Both the position numbers and the translations under genes were made by a program. The notes beneath the pieces were generated by a model, which was not told the origin of the DNA, searched no databases, and was given only the letters and a program-made list of their open reading frames with translations. A stretch of 64,000 bases of DNA from Octopus vulgaris. Lineage: Eukaryota. The stretch covers positions 45,942,001 to 46,006,000 of the forward strand of contig OX597824.1 of the NCBI GenBank assembly GCA_951406725.2. The letters are read 5' to 3'. Below are positions 49,924 to 63,707 of this stretch, one piece after another (the first letter of the stretch is position 1; each line of letters opens with the position of its first letter).

Positions 49924-51728
49924 CTATCTATGTATCTGTCTATCTAGTTAGTTGTCCATCTGTATGTATGTATGTATGCATGCATACATACAAACATACA
50001 TATATATATGACAGCCTTAAAAGCCAGGAACATTTTAGCACCCCCACATCCATATATACATAGATGCAGCACGGATTTTTGTCAGTGAACAGGTCATGGA
50101 TTTTAGCGACGAAAATATTTTGACAAATTAAACTTAAATGTTGAAGTGAATCGAACAGCTTTTGTGTGTTTCTTAAATGGCTTATAAACACCTTCCACGC
50201 TGCAATTGTCTTCGTTTCAGCACACGATCTCAGATCAAATTACTTGCTATGCGAGTACATCTCCGTAATATATATATATATATATATATATACACATGCA
50301 CACATACATACATGCATGCATGCATACATACATACATACATACATACATACATACATACATACATACATACATACATACATACATACAAGATCCCCAAAA
50401 GCCAGATTATACCTGAGAAATATATCAGCATTGACTGTCAGATCACTAGTATTTTGTTTATTTATTGTTTTTTCTTCAATATTTTCCCATGCTTAGCAAC
50501 CATTATTAATCTCTTCCTTCTTTTTCCTTTAGTAAACTAGGACATTTGAGGAGCAAGAACAAGATTGACCTTTTGTGCTAAATTTTTTTCTTTGTTGATG
50601 GTCTTAATTTTCTTAAGCTTACAACCTGAGGTAAATAATATGTTTTAGAGAATAGATATTGGTATTCAGAGAAAGGTAGCAATGATTTTATTTATTTATT
50701 TATTTATTTACTTTTGGTCCTTTCCTATCCATATTTGGGATATAATACATTGCCTATGAATTTCAATTAATATTAGAAAGTATTCAAAAATTTTAAGGGA
50801 TTAAGTAGATTATCTAACTTTGTCATTATGATGGTAGCAGGCTGGTAGAATTGTTAGAGAAATGGAAAAGATGCCTTGGTGTATGTTTTCCAACTTTTTG
50901 TATTGAAAATTCAAATCTAGCCAGGGTCATCTTTGCTTTTTATTGCTCAGAGGAGGACAATAAAATAAATTACTAGTTGAGTATTGAGTTCAATGTAATC
51001 AACAAATGCTTCCCATAAGCCTGTTGAATATACGTCTTGGGTTTAGTCCTGCTGTGTGGCACCTTAGGCAGGTGTTGTCTTCTGCTTTAGCCCGAATACT
51101 AACTAGTATTCAGCTAACCAATTACTAGTAAGTGTACCATTTGGTTGATGGAAATTAAAAGAATCCAATCGTATATTATCTATGTTTATATATGTGTGTG
51201 TGAGTGTGTGTGGAGGTGGGAGGGGGGTACTGTCCCCTTACCCAATTTCATGTGGTAATTGTAAAGGAATGTTACTATCATGAAAGTGGTTCCTTCATTT
51301 CAAATTTTTCTAAGAAAGCCTGTCTAGTTTTGGAAAATATATTACATTGCTTGGAAACATATAAGGACAGGTGACAGGGAGGGCATCCATCTATAGAGAG
51401 ATCTACCTCATTAAATTCCATCCAACACATGCAAGCATGGAAAAGTGGTCAATAAATCATGATGATGATGATGATGATGAGATATGTGTGTGTATGTGTG
51501 TATGTATGTGTGTGTGTGTGAGGGGGTGTATGCAGAATAAACAATGAATTTTGTCAACTGATGTAATGTAATAGGTATGTACTATGAGTGCTCAGTTTGT
51601 ATTATTTGTTTGATTAGGAAACAGTGTTACATATTCTTATTTTACTCTGATCTACCCCCAGTTTTGACAAATTGGAATATACTGATATCCTCAACTGGGG
51701 ATATTTCTTCATTTTCACTCTTCCCTCT

Positions 51729-51810
51729 CTGATGATGGAATACTCAGCTTATGGAATTCTTTCTCAATATCATGATTCACATGCTTGGCAACTCTAGAAA
51801 CAGCTGTTGT
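51729..51810 (+). ncRNA. Decayed minimal hammerhead ribozyme (Penelope-like)
   Basis: CTGATGA-tggaatactcagc...gcttggcaactcta-GAAACAGCTGTT; the start of stem II is shared with 49537-49550. Confidence 0.5.
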
Positions 51811-52629
51811 TGAGACAACATGATTATAATTCTCAATCTAAATTAAATGTTTTTTCAACTCCTTTTTTACTTTGATCTATGTATATGTGTGTGTGCGTAT
51901 GTTTGTCTCCGTATCTTGACATTGCACACTAGTTGTAAATGCGTGCATGTCCAAACCTTGAGAATATATCACCTTACTTGGAAACAGGTGAGATTTAGCA
52001 GCACGATGGGCATTGGTAGTTGAATTCTGTTTGACCAATGCAAGGAAGGAAGAGTGGACATTAAAGCGATATTGATAATGATGACGGTGGTGTAAATTGG
52101 CAAAGTTGTTAGAGCATTAAATTAGATACTCTATGATATTTGATTTTGGTTCTCTGGGTTCAAATCCTGCTAAGGTTAACATTACCTTTCCTCTTTTTGA
52201 GGTTAATAAATAAAGTGCCAGTACAGAATGGTGGATTAGCAAAATTGTTTGATTCTTTGAAGTATTTATTATGACTTTTATGTACTTGTGTGATTGTGCA
52301 TGTGTGATTGTGTATGTGTGTATGTGTGTGCATGCATGCTAGAGCATGTGTATGAATAAATACATGTTCATGCATGCTTATGAATAATTTGTGTACGTAG
52401 ATAAGCATTAAGAATTCATTACATATGTATAAGCATATACTTATATGAATATATATATGTATATGCTCTTGGACCTAATCAACAGCAGCATTCGTATATG
52501 TATATAGCTCTTGGAGCTAATCTATGGCACCATTCATCCTATATTTCTGGACTGCCATATTAGCTTGGCGATAACTATTAATATCCAGTACCGCTGCCAT
52601 AGTCTCCTTTAGAGAGACTTAGAAATAAG

Positions 52630-52697
<68 letters not shown>

Positions 52698-53458
52698 CAT
52701 ACATATGGCATATATTCATTGCAGATAATACATACACACACACACACACACATACATATATGTACATACCTACATATATATGTATATACACATGCATATA
52801 TGGGTACAGGATATAAAAAAAACGTGGACAGAATGAGAAAAGAGAACATAAAAAACAAAAACATAGAAAACAAACTATTTTTGAACAACAGAAAAAACAA
52901 ACAAACAGAGAAATGTGACATGCAACAAAAAGAACATTCCCTTCATCAGTTGTCCCCTGTTTTATCTACTCCGTGTTTCGAAGGTAAGGACGAGATGCAA
53001 CTTCATTAAAATAGTCCTTCCCACAAAGCAAATTAAATAAAGTTTGGGATTTTTTGTGGAGAGTGAAAGTGGTACCAAAGACAGGACAGTGAAAACAAAA
53101 CAGTAAAAACAAATGGTGAGGGCTGTTAGCCAAGACGATGTGAAGTGCTGACTGCTGGAAAAACGAGCTTTGAGAAGAGACAGATAAAAGCATGTCTTGT
53201 CTTTAGGAAGGAAGTGGAAGAAAGAGAGAATGGCCGTTAATCACGTGTGATCAATGAGAGAGTCAAGGAGGAAGAGAGGGAGAGGAAGAGGGAACGGTGA
53301 AGGGGAGAGGAGAAGAATAGGGAAAGGGTAGGAGAGAAAAACAGAAAGGAAGAAGAAGAGAGGGAGGGAGATAGACAGAAAACACACACACATATATACA
53401 TATGCACAGACATCTAGTATAGTAACCACATCATAGTATTACACACATGTGTGTGCGT

Positions 53459-53496
<38 letters not shown>

Positions 53497-53546
53497 CTGG
53501 TGTAATAACTGTATGATAGTATTGGTATCCTACAAGTTGTTGTCAC
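53497..53546 (-). other. Candidate 50-bp exon
   Basis: Minus-strand acceptor atcatttctctcag, donor cag|gtgagt; one open frame VTTTCRIPILSYSYYT. Confidence 0.4.
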
Positions 53547-54423
53547 CTGAGAGAAATGATCCAATTAGATCTGACTCACTATTGTGTTGAGACAACCGGA
53601 TTTCACTTGATGAGTGTATCCAACCATTTGCTTGCCTTATCTCGTAGAACATTCATCCAAATAGATTTGTGTATCTGATAAAATAGTCAGTATAATTTGT
53701 TTCATATAAATCATCTCTTTTAATTTGATTTACTCTATCTCTTACCGGTTGCTTGATTTACAGTTAGCATAACCAATATTATCTATTTGCCTAATTGAGT
53801 CAAAATAACATTTACCAGTAAAGCATTTAACCTGTTCTCCAGAAGAAGTATCACATAATACTCATGTGTTTGTCTCCATGTTTTACAAGATAACAAATGG
53901 AAAGTAAGCAGATTCTTAAAAGCAAATTGACTGAACCTTTAACTCTTTGGAGACTGAGCCTCATTTGGAGTTTCAGTCTCAAGAAGACAGAGCCCTTTTC
54001 ACAAGCCCTACAGAGGGCATGCACTTATTTTTGAAAAGATATTATAAAAAATAAAGTAATTACTTTACATTATGTAAAACTGTATATATTCTTGTTGGGA
54101 ATTGACTGAATTAATACAGGATTCTTCGTAATATGACTTTTCAGCTTTATAGATTGGCCTTATAATTTCCTAAGGCTTAAAAATGTTCCACTAAATTTTT
54201 TAAAATGATTGTTTAAAATATCTTTATCAGCTAAATCACCCAACTAATCTAAGTATAAACAGATGTCCCCTCCTCCATTTACTACACACCTTTCACAATC
54301 ACTGGCTTGGTGCCTCAATTTAAGTACCTAATTCAAAGGAATCTTAATTATATATGTTGTTGACAGTGACTTTGAAGTTTTGGCCAGCTAAGCCATCATC
54401 ATCAGATGGCTTATTTGGCCATA

Positions 54424-54854
54424 TCATCATCATCATTCAACATCTGCTTTCCATGTTGCATGGGTTGGATGGTTTGACAGGAAATGGCTAGCCAGAAGAC
54501 TGCACCACGCTCCAGTGTCTGTTTTGGCAGAGTTTTTTTGGCCAGATGCCCTTTCTAACACCAATCACCTTGCAAAGTAGACTGAGTGCTTTCTTTGTGG
54601 TACCAGCACTGGCGACGTATGTTTTGGAATGGTTTTTACAGCTGGATGTCCTCCAAAACATCAACCACTTTACAGTGTGGACTGAATGCTTTTTATGTGT
54701 TACCAGCACAGGTGGAGGTCATCAAGTAACTTGCAAGACATTAGAGGAGGTGGCCTTGTGCAGGTGAGGAGAGGAATAAAAGCAGGTATCTTGCTGTAGA
54801 GGAGATACATGGTTATCCAGTCAGAGGGAGATAGTAAGAGAAAGAGAGAGAAAG

Positions 54855-54911
<57 letters not shown>

Positions 54912-55250
54912 GTGAGTGAGTGAGTGAGTGATCAAGAATGAGAGAGAAAGCAGAAGAAAGCAAGAATGTGAGAGTGCATGAGAGAACAGAAGAGAGATGG
55001 TGGTGAAGTGCCATGGTATACCTTCAAGGTACAGGGATCAGAATATAAATGAGATGGTAGAGTATTGCTAAGAGTACACGAGCAGGGAGTAGGGACTTTA
55101 GATGTATGCAAAGGGTGTGGGGGTAGGAAATGCAGTGACTGGTGAAACATGGATATATAGTGGAGGTGGGGGACCATAGGGTAGCAATGATACAGTGAGT
55201 AGGGCAGTGAGGACAGAATTGGGGAATAAAAGATAAGCATATGCTTATCT
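54424..55250 (-). mobile_element. Old non-autonomous retroposon: RTE-X-like tail plus purine-biased body
   Basis: catcatcatcattcaacatctgctttccatgttgcatgggttgg tail, followed by a body homologous to 15315-15520. Confidence 0.55.
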
Positions 55251-55303
55251 CTTGCTCCCCAATCCTGTATATATATGGGGGGAGAGAGAGCGAGAATACT
55301 TAA

Positions 55304-55349
<46 letters not shown>

Positions 55350-55360
55350 CTGTATATATA

Positions 55361-55530
55361 TAGGTGCAGGAGTGGCTGTGTGATAAGAAGCTTGCTTCCC
55401 AACTACATGAGTTCAGTTCCACTGCATGGCACCTTGGGCAAGTATCTTCTACTATAGCCTTGGGCCATCCAAAGCCTTGTGAGTGGATTTGGTATACAGA
55501 AACTGAAAGAAGCCCGTTGTATATATATGA
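55361..55530 (+). mobile_element. SINE family A, 5' half
   Basis: ggtgcaggagtggctgtgtg through ccttgggcaagt to gaaactgaaagaagcccg. Confidence 0.8.
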
Positions 55531-58500
55531 TAATATAAATAATATATATATATGCGTATATGGGTACAGGACGTTACCAACTGTAAACAACATGAAACGC
55601 AAACGAGAGAAAATTAATGGAAAATAAGACAAGTAACACAAAGAACGCCCCCCCCCCCCCCCATCAGTTGTCAGGTGTCTATCCACTCCTCACCCCAACC
55701 ACTCAATGGCAATATAAGTCTTTGAAGACAACTGTTCCCATAAATTCCAAAATGAAATTTTGGACCCATGGAGGGTCAAAGTTGGGAACAAAAACAGAAC
55801 AGTGGAGACATAGAAGGAAACCAAATGAAAACAAACATGGAGGATCATTAGACCAGAATGAGGGGGGGGGGGATAGTGAATCCTGGGAGAAATATTTTCT
55901 TTGAAAATAGATGAGAGGGATAGAAGACGTCTAGTCATTAGGATGTTGTGCAGGAAAAGAAAGATGGTCACATGAGGAAGAGAAAAATGGATGATAGTCA
56001 TGTGTAAATAACGAGAGAAAAGAGAAAGAAGGGGCTGCAGTCAAATTCCTGAAACAAGTAAAAGAATAAAAGAATATGTGTGTGTGGAGAGAGAGAGAGC
56101 ATAATTTGAAATTAAATAAATGACAGAGGTACAGGAATATATACTCAACTTCATTAGCTGACAGATGTTTCTGCTATAGCATGCAGCGCACTCAGAACGG
56201 AAGTTGATCATGTAATTCCTGTTTCCATGTCATTTATTTGATTTCATGTTATGCTTTGTACTCACCTAATTCTTTATTCTGAAGCATAGGTATATTGTGT
56301 TCTAACACCTAGTTATTTGTACTGCTATGCCTAAGCGAAATCTTAATATATGAATATTGTGTGTGTGTGTGTGTAGTGTATTTATCCATTACCACTACTT
56401 GGTAATTATTGGTATGCTCACATTCCTGTAACTTAACAGTCCAGCAAAAGAGACTGGCAAAATAAGTACCAGGCTCAAAAAGTAAGTACTGGGGTTGATT
56501 CGCTTGACTAAACTCTTGAAGACAATACCCTTGCATGGCTGCAGTCCAGTGACTGAAACATAATAAAAATAAAAGAGATTCATTTAGCCAGAGGAGTAGC
56601 AGCAAGAGGAAGAAATATTAGAAGAGTCCTACATTATATCAGAATGATTTGAGATTCCAGTGAGGTGATTGCTCTTTAGCCAGCAGAATTTCTAAATAGA
56701 AACTTGTTTAGAGATTTTGATAACAGGAAGGTTTACTAAATGAAGTAATGATAGTTAAGCTCGGACTTTAGCAACAGGGTGAAATTCTAAGAATATCAAA
56801 AGTCCTGTTATATATTATTTTTTCTCAAGCTTTGTATTGAAATTATCAGCTATAAGCCATACAAATAATTAATTATGGAGAGTGAGTGATATAAATTGTA
56901 AAAACTATATTATACCGCTTCCTTAATGCTATGAACTTGTATAAACAGTGCAGCAAATATGTGCCACACATTTTATTTCAGCTATACATAAGTATAATGT
57001 GTATGTATGTGTGTGTATATATATATATGCATTTTTGAACTTATTTGTCTGTAATATGTTTGTATGTATATATGCATGTATGTATGTATGTATGTATGTA
57101 TGTATGTATGTATGTATGTATGTGCATATGTATGGACATATACACATACATATGTATATGTGTATTCACATACACGCAAATATTCAACCACCCATATGTA
57201 CATACACACACAGACACAACAGAAATACATACATTACAAAATGAGTACCATAGAATATGAGATAAGCTTCTAGGAAAGTAAGCCTGCAACCTAATTTTAA
57301 ATCCTGATTGTAGCTATTTTATTTATGCTACTGATCCCTGTAATCAACAAAATGTTAAGCTCTATTTATATCACTAACATATGGGAGAAATATTTAAATA
57401 ATATTTATTTTTATTTTCATATATTGGAAAGGGAACAAATAGCTGCAATTATAGACAATTCTTTCTTCCAGAAATTCAATTTGATTTTAAATTCTGAAAT
57501 CAACTATTGATTGAGATAAATTTACCATTTCATTTTATTGCACTCTAGCAAGAGAAATAAACCCTACCTCAAGTTTATTATAGGAAAAAAAAAATTAGAA
57601 GACTAGTGTTTGTAAATCTAAAAATTACAAATAGATTTCATTCCCCAAAATATCTCAGAAATCAATTTCTATTGATCTCACACTATTGAACCAATGCCAA
57701 GTGTCCAGTATAAAGAGCCAAATTACCCTTTACTCTGATAGCGTCTAAAGAAAGTAGTAACACTACAACCTACTACAGAAAGTATCTTGGAATTAAGCTA
57801 TTTAAAGTCTTCACTGCAAAATTAAAGAAGTCCCATGTTTTGTTTGCTTTCACCACAGACCAACACTTTTAGTATAGTACTAATGTACTAAGAATCTACT
57901 TACATCAGCATCTGATTTGCAATAACCTTGATACAGCAAAATACTTTACCTTGTCATGTTAAAATAGAAATGTTATCCAACTGTAACTTTTCTAGATCAA
58001 TCCTATGGTAATAATTTACAAATCCTGAATGAATACTGTATAAACATTTTTTCCCCTTTTTCTTAAAATACTGGCTATTTCCAGATTAAACTTGTTATGA
58101 TCCAGTATGTTCCCCAGGAGGATACAATGGAGTTGAAGCACTTTTCAAGGGCATTAGTGATGTGACATAAAATAGCTGAAGAAGTGACTAAACCTCAAGT
58201 TGTAAATTCATTTTGCCAAAACCTCTGTGCCACATTACAACACATACATATATCAGTTCATGCAGCATGTCTGAATGGCTAAGGAGTTTTGCTTGCAATC
58301 ACAAGTTCCTTGAGTGCAATCCCAATGTATGGCATATTGGGTAAGAATCTTTTACTATTGTCTCAGGGCTTCCCAAGCCTTGTGAATGTGAATGCGTAGA
58401 TGGAAATTGTGTGAAAGCTGTTGGATGGTTTGTACCTGCAGTTCAAAGGTTCAGCCTTGTCATGCTATCATTCTGATTCTGCCCAAGGATTACATTAAAG

Positions 58501-59672
58501 ATACATCTGCCTGTGGAATACTCAGCCACTTACACACTAATTCAATGAGCATATAGTTCAGTCGATTGAACAACTGATACGCATCATAGAAACTCACAGA
58601 GATCCATCTACTTTTTAACATACAATTCAATAGGGAATATATTTAATTACCTTGTAGCATGGTTATAATGAGAGACTTGTCAGTTTACATACATCATTTA
58701 TTGCTATATTAATATAGGTGTTCATGTAATACAAGAGGAGTTAATTTTATTGACAATTAACAAGTCCCTTAACCCCTTGGAGGCCACTGGAGCACTGCTG
58801 CCATATAATGTATCTAGGGTGAGAAAGCCTGGCAGAGTCCATCCCTCTCCAGGCTAAACTCATTTCTACAGCTGACTAGACTGGAGCAACATGAAATGAA
58901 GTGTTTTGCTCAAGAACACAACACACTGCCTGGTCCAAGGATCAAAACCACAATCTTACGGTCGTGAATCCAACACCCTAACCACTAAGTGATGCACCTC
59001 CATTTTATATGCAGAAGCAGGAGATCTTCATCAGAAATTCGTTATTATGTGTGTTTTTTCAGATAATGCATATTCATATAATTCAGATAATTCTTCATCT
59101 ATCGCACAAGGTTGAGTATCAAATGTGAGAACAGCTATTAAGGATAGTCACACTATGTTCAGTATGTAACTATGAAATCAGTTATTAGAAAGAGAAATTC
59201 ACCAAGGACTGAATTCACTCATGGTTTAGAATTCACTTTAGCTTTTTCGCACTAAAACCAACTGTATTTGTAGCCTCTACTCACAGAAAATTCTAATGAT
59301 TGTTGACAGGCTATCACATGAACAAAGAGTGCTAATTAACTAAAATGGGGTCTACATGCATGATAAACTTGTGATTTACAGGTGGCAGAAAGTGGGGTCG
59401 AAATCAACTGTTATAACCTTTTTTCCCCCTTAATGCACTTTTAAATGACTTTAGTTGAGGAAACACTCATTAGTAATGTAGTGCTCTAGCTGCTAACAGC
59501 AGTGATCTTACACTACCCCATGGAATCCATTTACTACTAGCTGGACTGAGATAATGGAAGTTGGTTATCTATGTATAAAACATATAGCTAGTGATGGTGT
59601 CTGAACTTTTAAACTTTTAGTCAGCAGATTGATTGTCCAATGCTGGCCAGCTGTAACTCTCAGTTTAGATAT

Positions 59673-59888
59673 TGGTTTCAAATTTTGTCACAAGGTCAGC
59701 AATTTCAGGGGAGGGGGGATGTCTATTAGATTGACCCCAGTGTTCAGCTGGTACTTTTGTTATTGATCCTGAAAGGATGCTAGGCAAAGTCAACCATGGT
59801 GGAATTTGAACTCAGAACATGAAGACAGTTGAAATGCCACTAAACATTTTACCCGGCATGCTAAAAATTCTGTCTGTTCACTGCCTTC
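59673..59888 (-). mobile_element. SINE family B flanked by a ~40-bp diverged direct repeat
   Basis: Homologous to 200-415; flanks ggccagctgtaactctcagtttagatat / ggccagctgcaaacctcagtttaaatat. Confidence 0.75.
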
Positions 59889-60569
59889 AACTGTCTGATG
59901 ATGGCCAGCTGCAAACCTCAGTTTAAATATCACAATGATATGATTCTGATTGTTACTTTAAGTCATCTTACATTGAAGGAATATATGCTAAGAACATGGA
60001 TGGTTAAGTTGAAAGGTTATTGGAAATCAACCAAGAAATCAGCACTTTCTATCTAGCTACAAACACTGTGCTTGTGTCTACAGAGATGATACTTGTTCCG
60101 GAAATGTTCCAGTTGAGTGTCACTATAAATAGATAGCACTGACAGGCAACAACTTGCTACCATAACCAATTGAATCATTGTAAAACTAATGTGTGTTATG
60201 TTAATTTGCCATGCTAAGTTCAATTCCTGAAGAGGGATGAACTCTGTCAAAGTGACTGGCCCTTGATACTTTACATGAATTAAATTGGTCTGAATTGATA
60301 CTTTACATGTTTTTGAATTGAACTGAATTGAATTGAATCGGTACTTTACATTAATTAAGGGTTTTTCAATGGCCTCAGAATTCATGGGATTTAGCCAGCT
60401 GCAGTCCCAGGAATTTTTTGAAGAGAGGGCACAAAGTCAGAAGGGAATACAATACTAGGAGAAAAGGGTGTAATAACATTATGTAGAAGGGTGCACTTCT
60501 TTTCTTGAGGGGGAAGGGGCATGTACCTCTCAGCCCCCCTCCTTCCTTCCTCCTCCTCACCTCTTATTC

Positions 60570-61417
60570 TTATTTTAAAGCCTGGTACTTATTCTCTCAC
60601 ATTTGTTGGAGTGATAAGCTACAGGGATATGAACACACCAACACCAGTTGTCAAGTTGTGGAGCAGGGACAAACACACACACACACACACATGATAGACT
60701 TCTTTCAGTTTCCTTCAATCAAATCTATTCACGCTTTGGACAACTAAAGTCTTGTGAGTGGATTTGGTAGACAGTAACTGAAAAAATCTGATCATATATG
60801 TGTGTGTATGTCTTTGTGCCTGTGTTTGTCCTCCTCTACACAACTTGACAACCAGTGCTGGTTTGTTTACATCCCCATAGTGGCTCAGTAAAAAAGATTG
60901 ATAGAAAAAGTACCAAAGTTTAAAAAAAGTACTGGGGTCGATTCATTGTTCAAGATAGTGTCCTAGCATAGTCACAGTCTAATGACTGAAACAAATGATA
61001 AAAGATAAAAGATACTTTTATTCTTTTACTTGCTTCAGTCATTTGTCTATGGAGTAACACCTTAAATGGTTTTAATCGAAGAATTCAACCCCAGGACTTA
61101 TTCTTTATAAGGCTAGTACTTATTCTATCAGTCTCTTTGGCTGAACCCCTAAGTTACAGGAACATAAACATACCAGCATCGGTTGTCAAGTGATGGTGGG
61201 GAGATAAACTCAGACATACGCACACACACACACATACATACATACATACACACACAATGGGTTCTTTCAGTTTCCATCTACCAAATCCACTCAAGTGGCT
61301 TTGGTTGGCCTGAGGCTATAGTAGAAGACATTCACCCATGGTGCCATGCAGTGAGATTGAACCTGGTATCATGTGGTTGGGAAGCAAGCTTCTTACCATA
61401 CATCCATGACTGCACCT
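60570..61417. mobile_element. Cluster of SINE A copies in opposite orientations
   Basis: Minus fragment ~60570-60745, plus 3' half ~60745-61012 and minus copy ~61015-61417. Confidence 0.7.
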
Positions 61418-61644
61418 ATATATATCTGACCTCAGAAACACACATACCAACCCACCCAAATGAAGAAATAGTCAACAGCATTCCAAAATACTTGGCACTT
61501 TTCACAGAAATGTTTTTAAGCAATGTTTGCTTCAGTTTATATTTTTACTACCGACACCTTTTAACAATATTTCAGTTATCTTGATAAGAACTATTAAGTC
61601 ATTTTGTGGATATTTATTTATTTATTATAATGTTTGTATTAATA

Positions 61645-62194
61645 ACAAGCAAAACGCCCCCCGTCCAATGGACGGTGCTGAATCATATCTGCTGAATAAA
61701 AAGCAATCAGTGTTTTCTTTTCATTAAAAAATAATTAAGCATGCCTTTATTTCAATGAAATTTTTGTTTTTGTTAAACGAAGTTAAGGCAAGAAAAAACT
61801 TCTTGAGAAACCAAATAGTTTTTCCTTCCTTCATGCCAAGTTTGAAGAAAATATCTCTTTTGCATCTTACTTTTTTGGTCTCTTAATTATACTACATTTT
61901 GTGGCATTATTTCAAGCCAGCTGGCTTTTTTTGTGCAAACTGCACGTGCATTTTTCTTGTGTACACACAGTATTGATTGCAACAGCTGATGTACTTGCAC
62001 GTACAAATGCACATTCCCACGGCTTTATCGATCGCATTCTCACCTGGAATCGATTTTTGTAATTTTTTGAAGACTTATACACGCCCTGATACCGTTGGTA
62101 TCTACATATCAAATTTGAGCACAATCGGATGGAGGATGCCTGAAATTCTAGAAGACACACAGACAGACAGACAGAACAGATTTTATATAATAAA
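61645..62194 (-). mobile_element. Non-autonomous Helitron-like element
   Basis: Minus-strand 3' end has hairpin ccgtccattggacgg, an 11-nt spacer and cttgt; the 5' end reads tattatataaaatctgttctgtctgtctg with a (GTCT)n tract. Confidence 0.6.
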
Positions 62195-62689
62195 TAATAG
62201 TAATTACTCTTATCATCATTATTTTGTTATTGTTGTTAAAGTTTATTTAAAAATTTTTTGTTTATTTATCATTTACTGTTATTATTTCTGTCAAATGATA
62301 TCATTCGAAATTAGCAGTATGTTATATTCACAGTTAATATAGCAGTAAATAATTTTCTGAGAGAATATCAGTAAAAGAAAAAGGAAACATGGCTCAACGC
62401 CATTCTAGAAATGCCATCTATATTCAAACTTTCTTTTATTTTATCTGTTATTTTTTTCAAGCAGTAATCTGTGAACTGCTTGAATTTGCCCTTTATTGTA
62501 ATTTTGAACAAAAATAACATATGATCTTTGCCAAGGCAAACAAAAGAAAACAAATGGATAAAAATATGTTTTAATATTTACGAAAAATTGTTGACATTGC
62601 AGTTTGGTTTGATATAGATCTTACTTTAAAACTGTGAAGGTTTGTCAATGTGTACACTGCATTTATATCATCATCCTCATCATTGTCAG

Positions 62690-63285
62690 AGTATGAGTAG
62701 AAATGCCTGGATTCACCAGCAGTAAAGAAATTCAAGATTCAGCCTTTGACAGAAAATGTGATACTAACTATTTTGGGGGATGCAGAAGGGCCTTTACTAC
62801 AAAAGGGGCCTACAGCCACCAGTGTTGACTACAATGAAATGCTGACCAACAAACTGATATTAGTAATCCATACTAAAATGCCAAGGACCATTATCAAAGC
62901 AAACATTGTTGTACGATAATGCATGCTCACATACAGCTGTCCACACCATTGAAACCATTGAAAATTGGGTTTTGAGTTGCTGGAATACCCAGCATACAGT
63001 CCAGATCTTGCCCCTTTCAACTATAATGTCTTTGGGCCACTCAAACATTTTCTATAAGGTTGTTGATTTGATATGGACATAGAAGCATAGAGGTAGTGTA
63101 TAAGAGGCTGTGTTACCAGACAAAAAATTCCTTCTTTGATGGAATAAACAAGCTTGTGGACCACTGGAAGAAGTATACTGAAAAGTAAGGAGACTATTTC
63201 AAAACATGATGTAACTGTTCAACTCCTACTTTTGTTTTAATAAATTACAGAAACAAAAGGACATATAATTTTTTACTTACCCTCA
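62690..63285 (+). mobile_element. Decayed mariner transposase 3' portion
   Basis: YDNACSHTA and YPAYSPDLAPFNY resemble the mariner HDNARPH and YSPDLAPSDY motifs. Confidence 0.7.
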
Positions 63286-63429
63286 CACTCACATACACAC
63301 ACATGTACGCATGCATGCACACACACACACACACTCACACTGATGACCGTATAAGAATCTTATAAACTTTTGAGAGAATATGAAATAATTCTTTTTTGGA
63401 ACAGCAGGTCTCTAAGCACATAAAGCTAT

Positions 63430-63578
63430 AAATATTGGGTTGAAAATCCCTTTTGGATAGAGAAAGCCAAAGGCTGCCAACAGTACAATGCTTGTCATGT
63501 CTAAAGGATATGTGGATTAATGTTCCACAGGTAGCCTTTGACTTTTTCCATCCACAAGTGTTTCTGAACCCAATATTT
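63430..63578. repeat. Fold-back inverted repeat
   Basis: aaatattgggtt...gaaagccaaaggctgcc / ggtagcctttgactttttcc...aacccaatattt. Confidence 0.75.
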
Positions 63579-63598
63579 CATACTATCATATCTGTGTG

Positions 63599-63657
<59 letters not shown>

Positions 63658-63664
63658 TGTGTGT

Positions 63665-63705
<41 letters not shown>

Positions 63706-63707
<2 letters not shown>

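Noticed and set aside
52930-52990. Hammerhead from ctgatgaag and cgaaacacggagta on the minus strand
   Set aside because: The order would require a type II topology, but no stem I hairpin forms between the two motifs.
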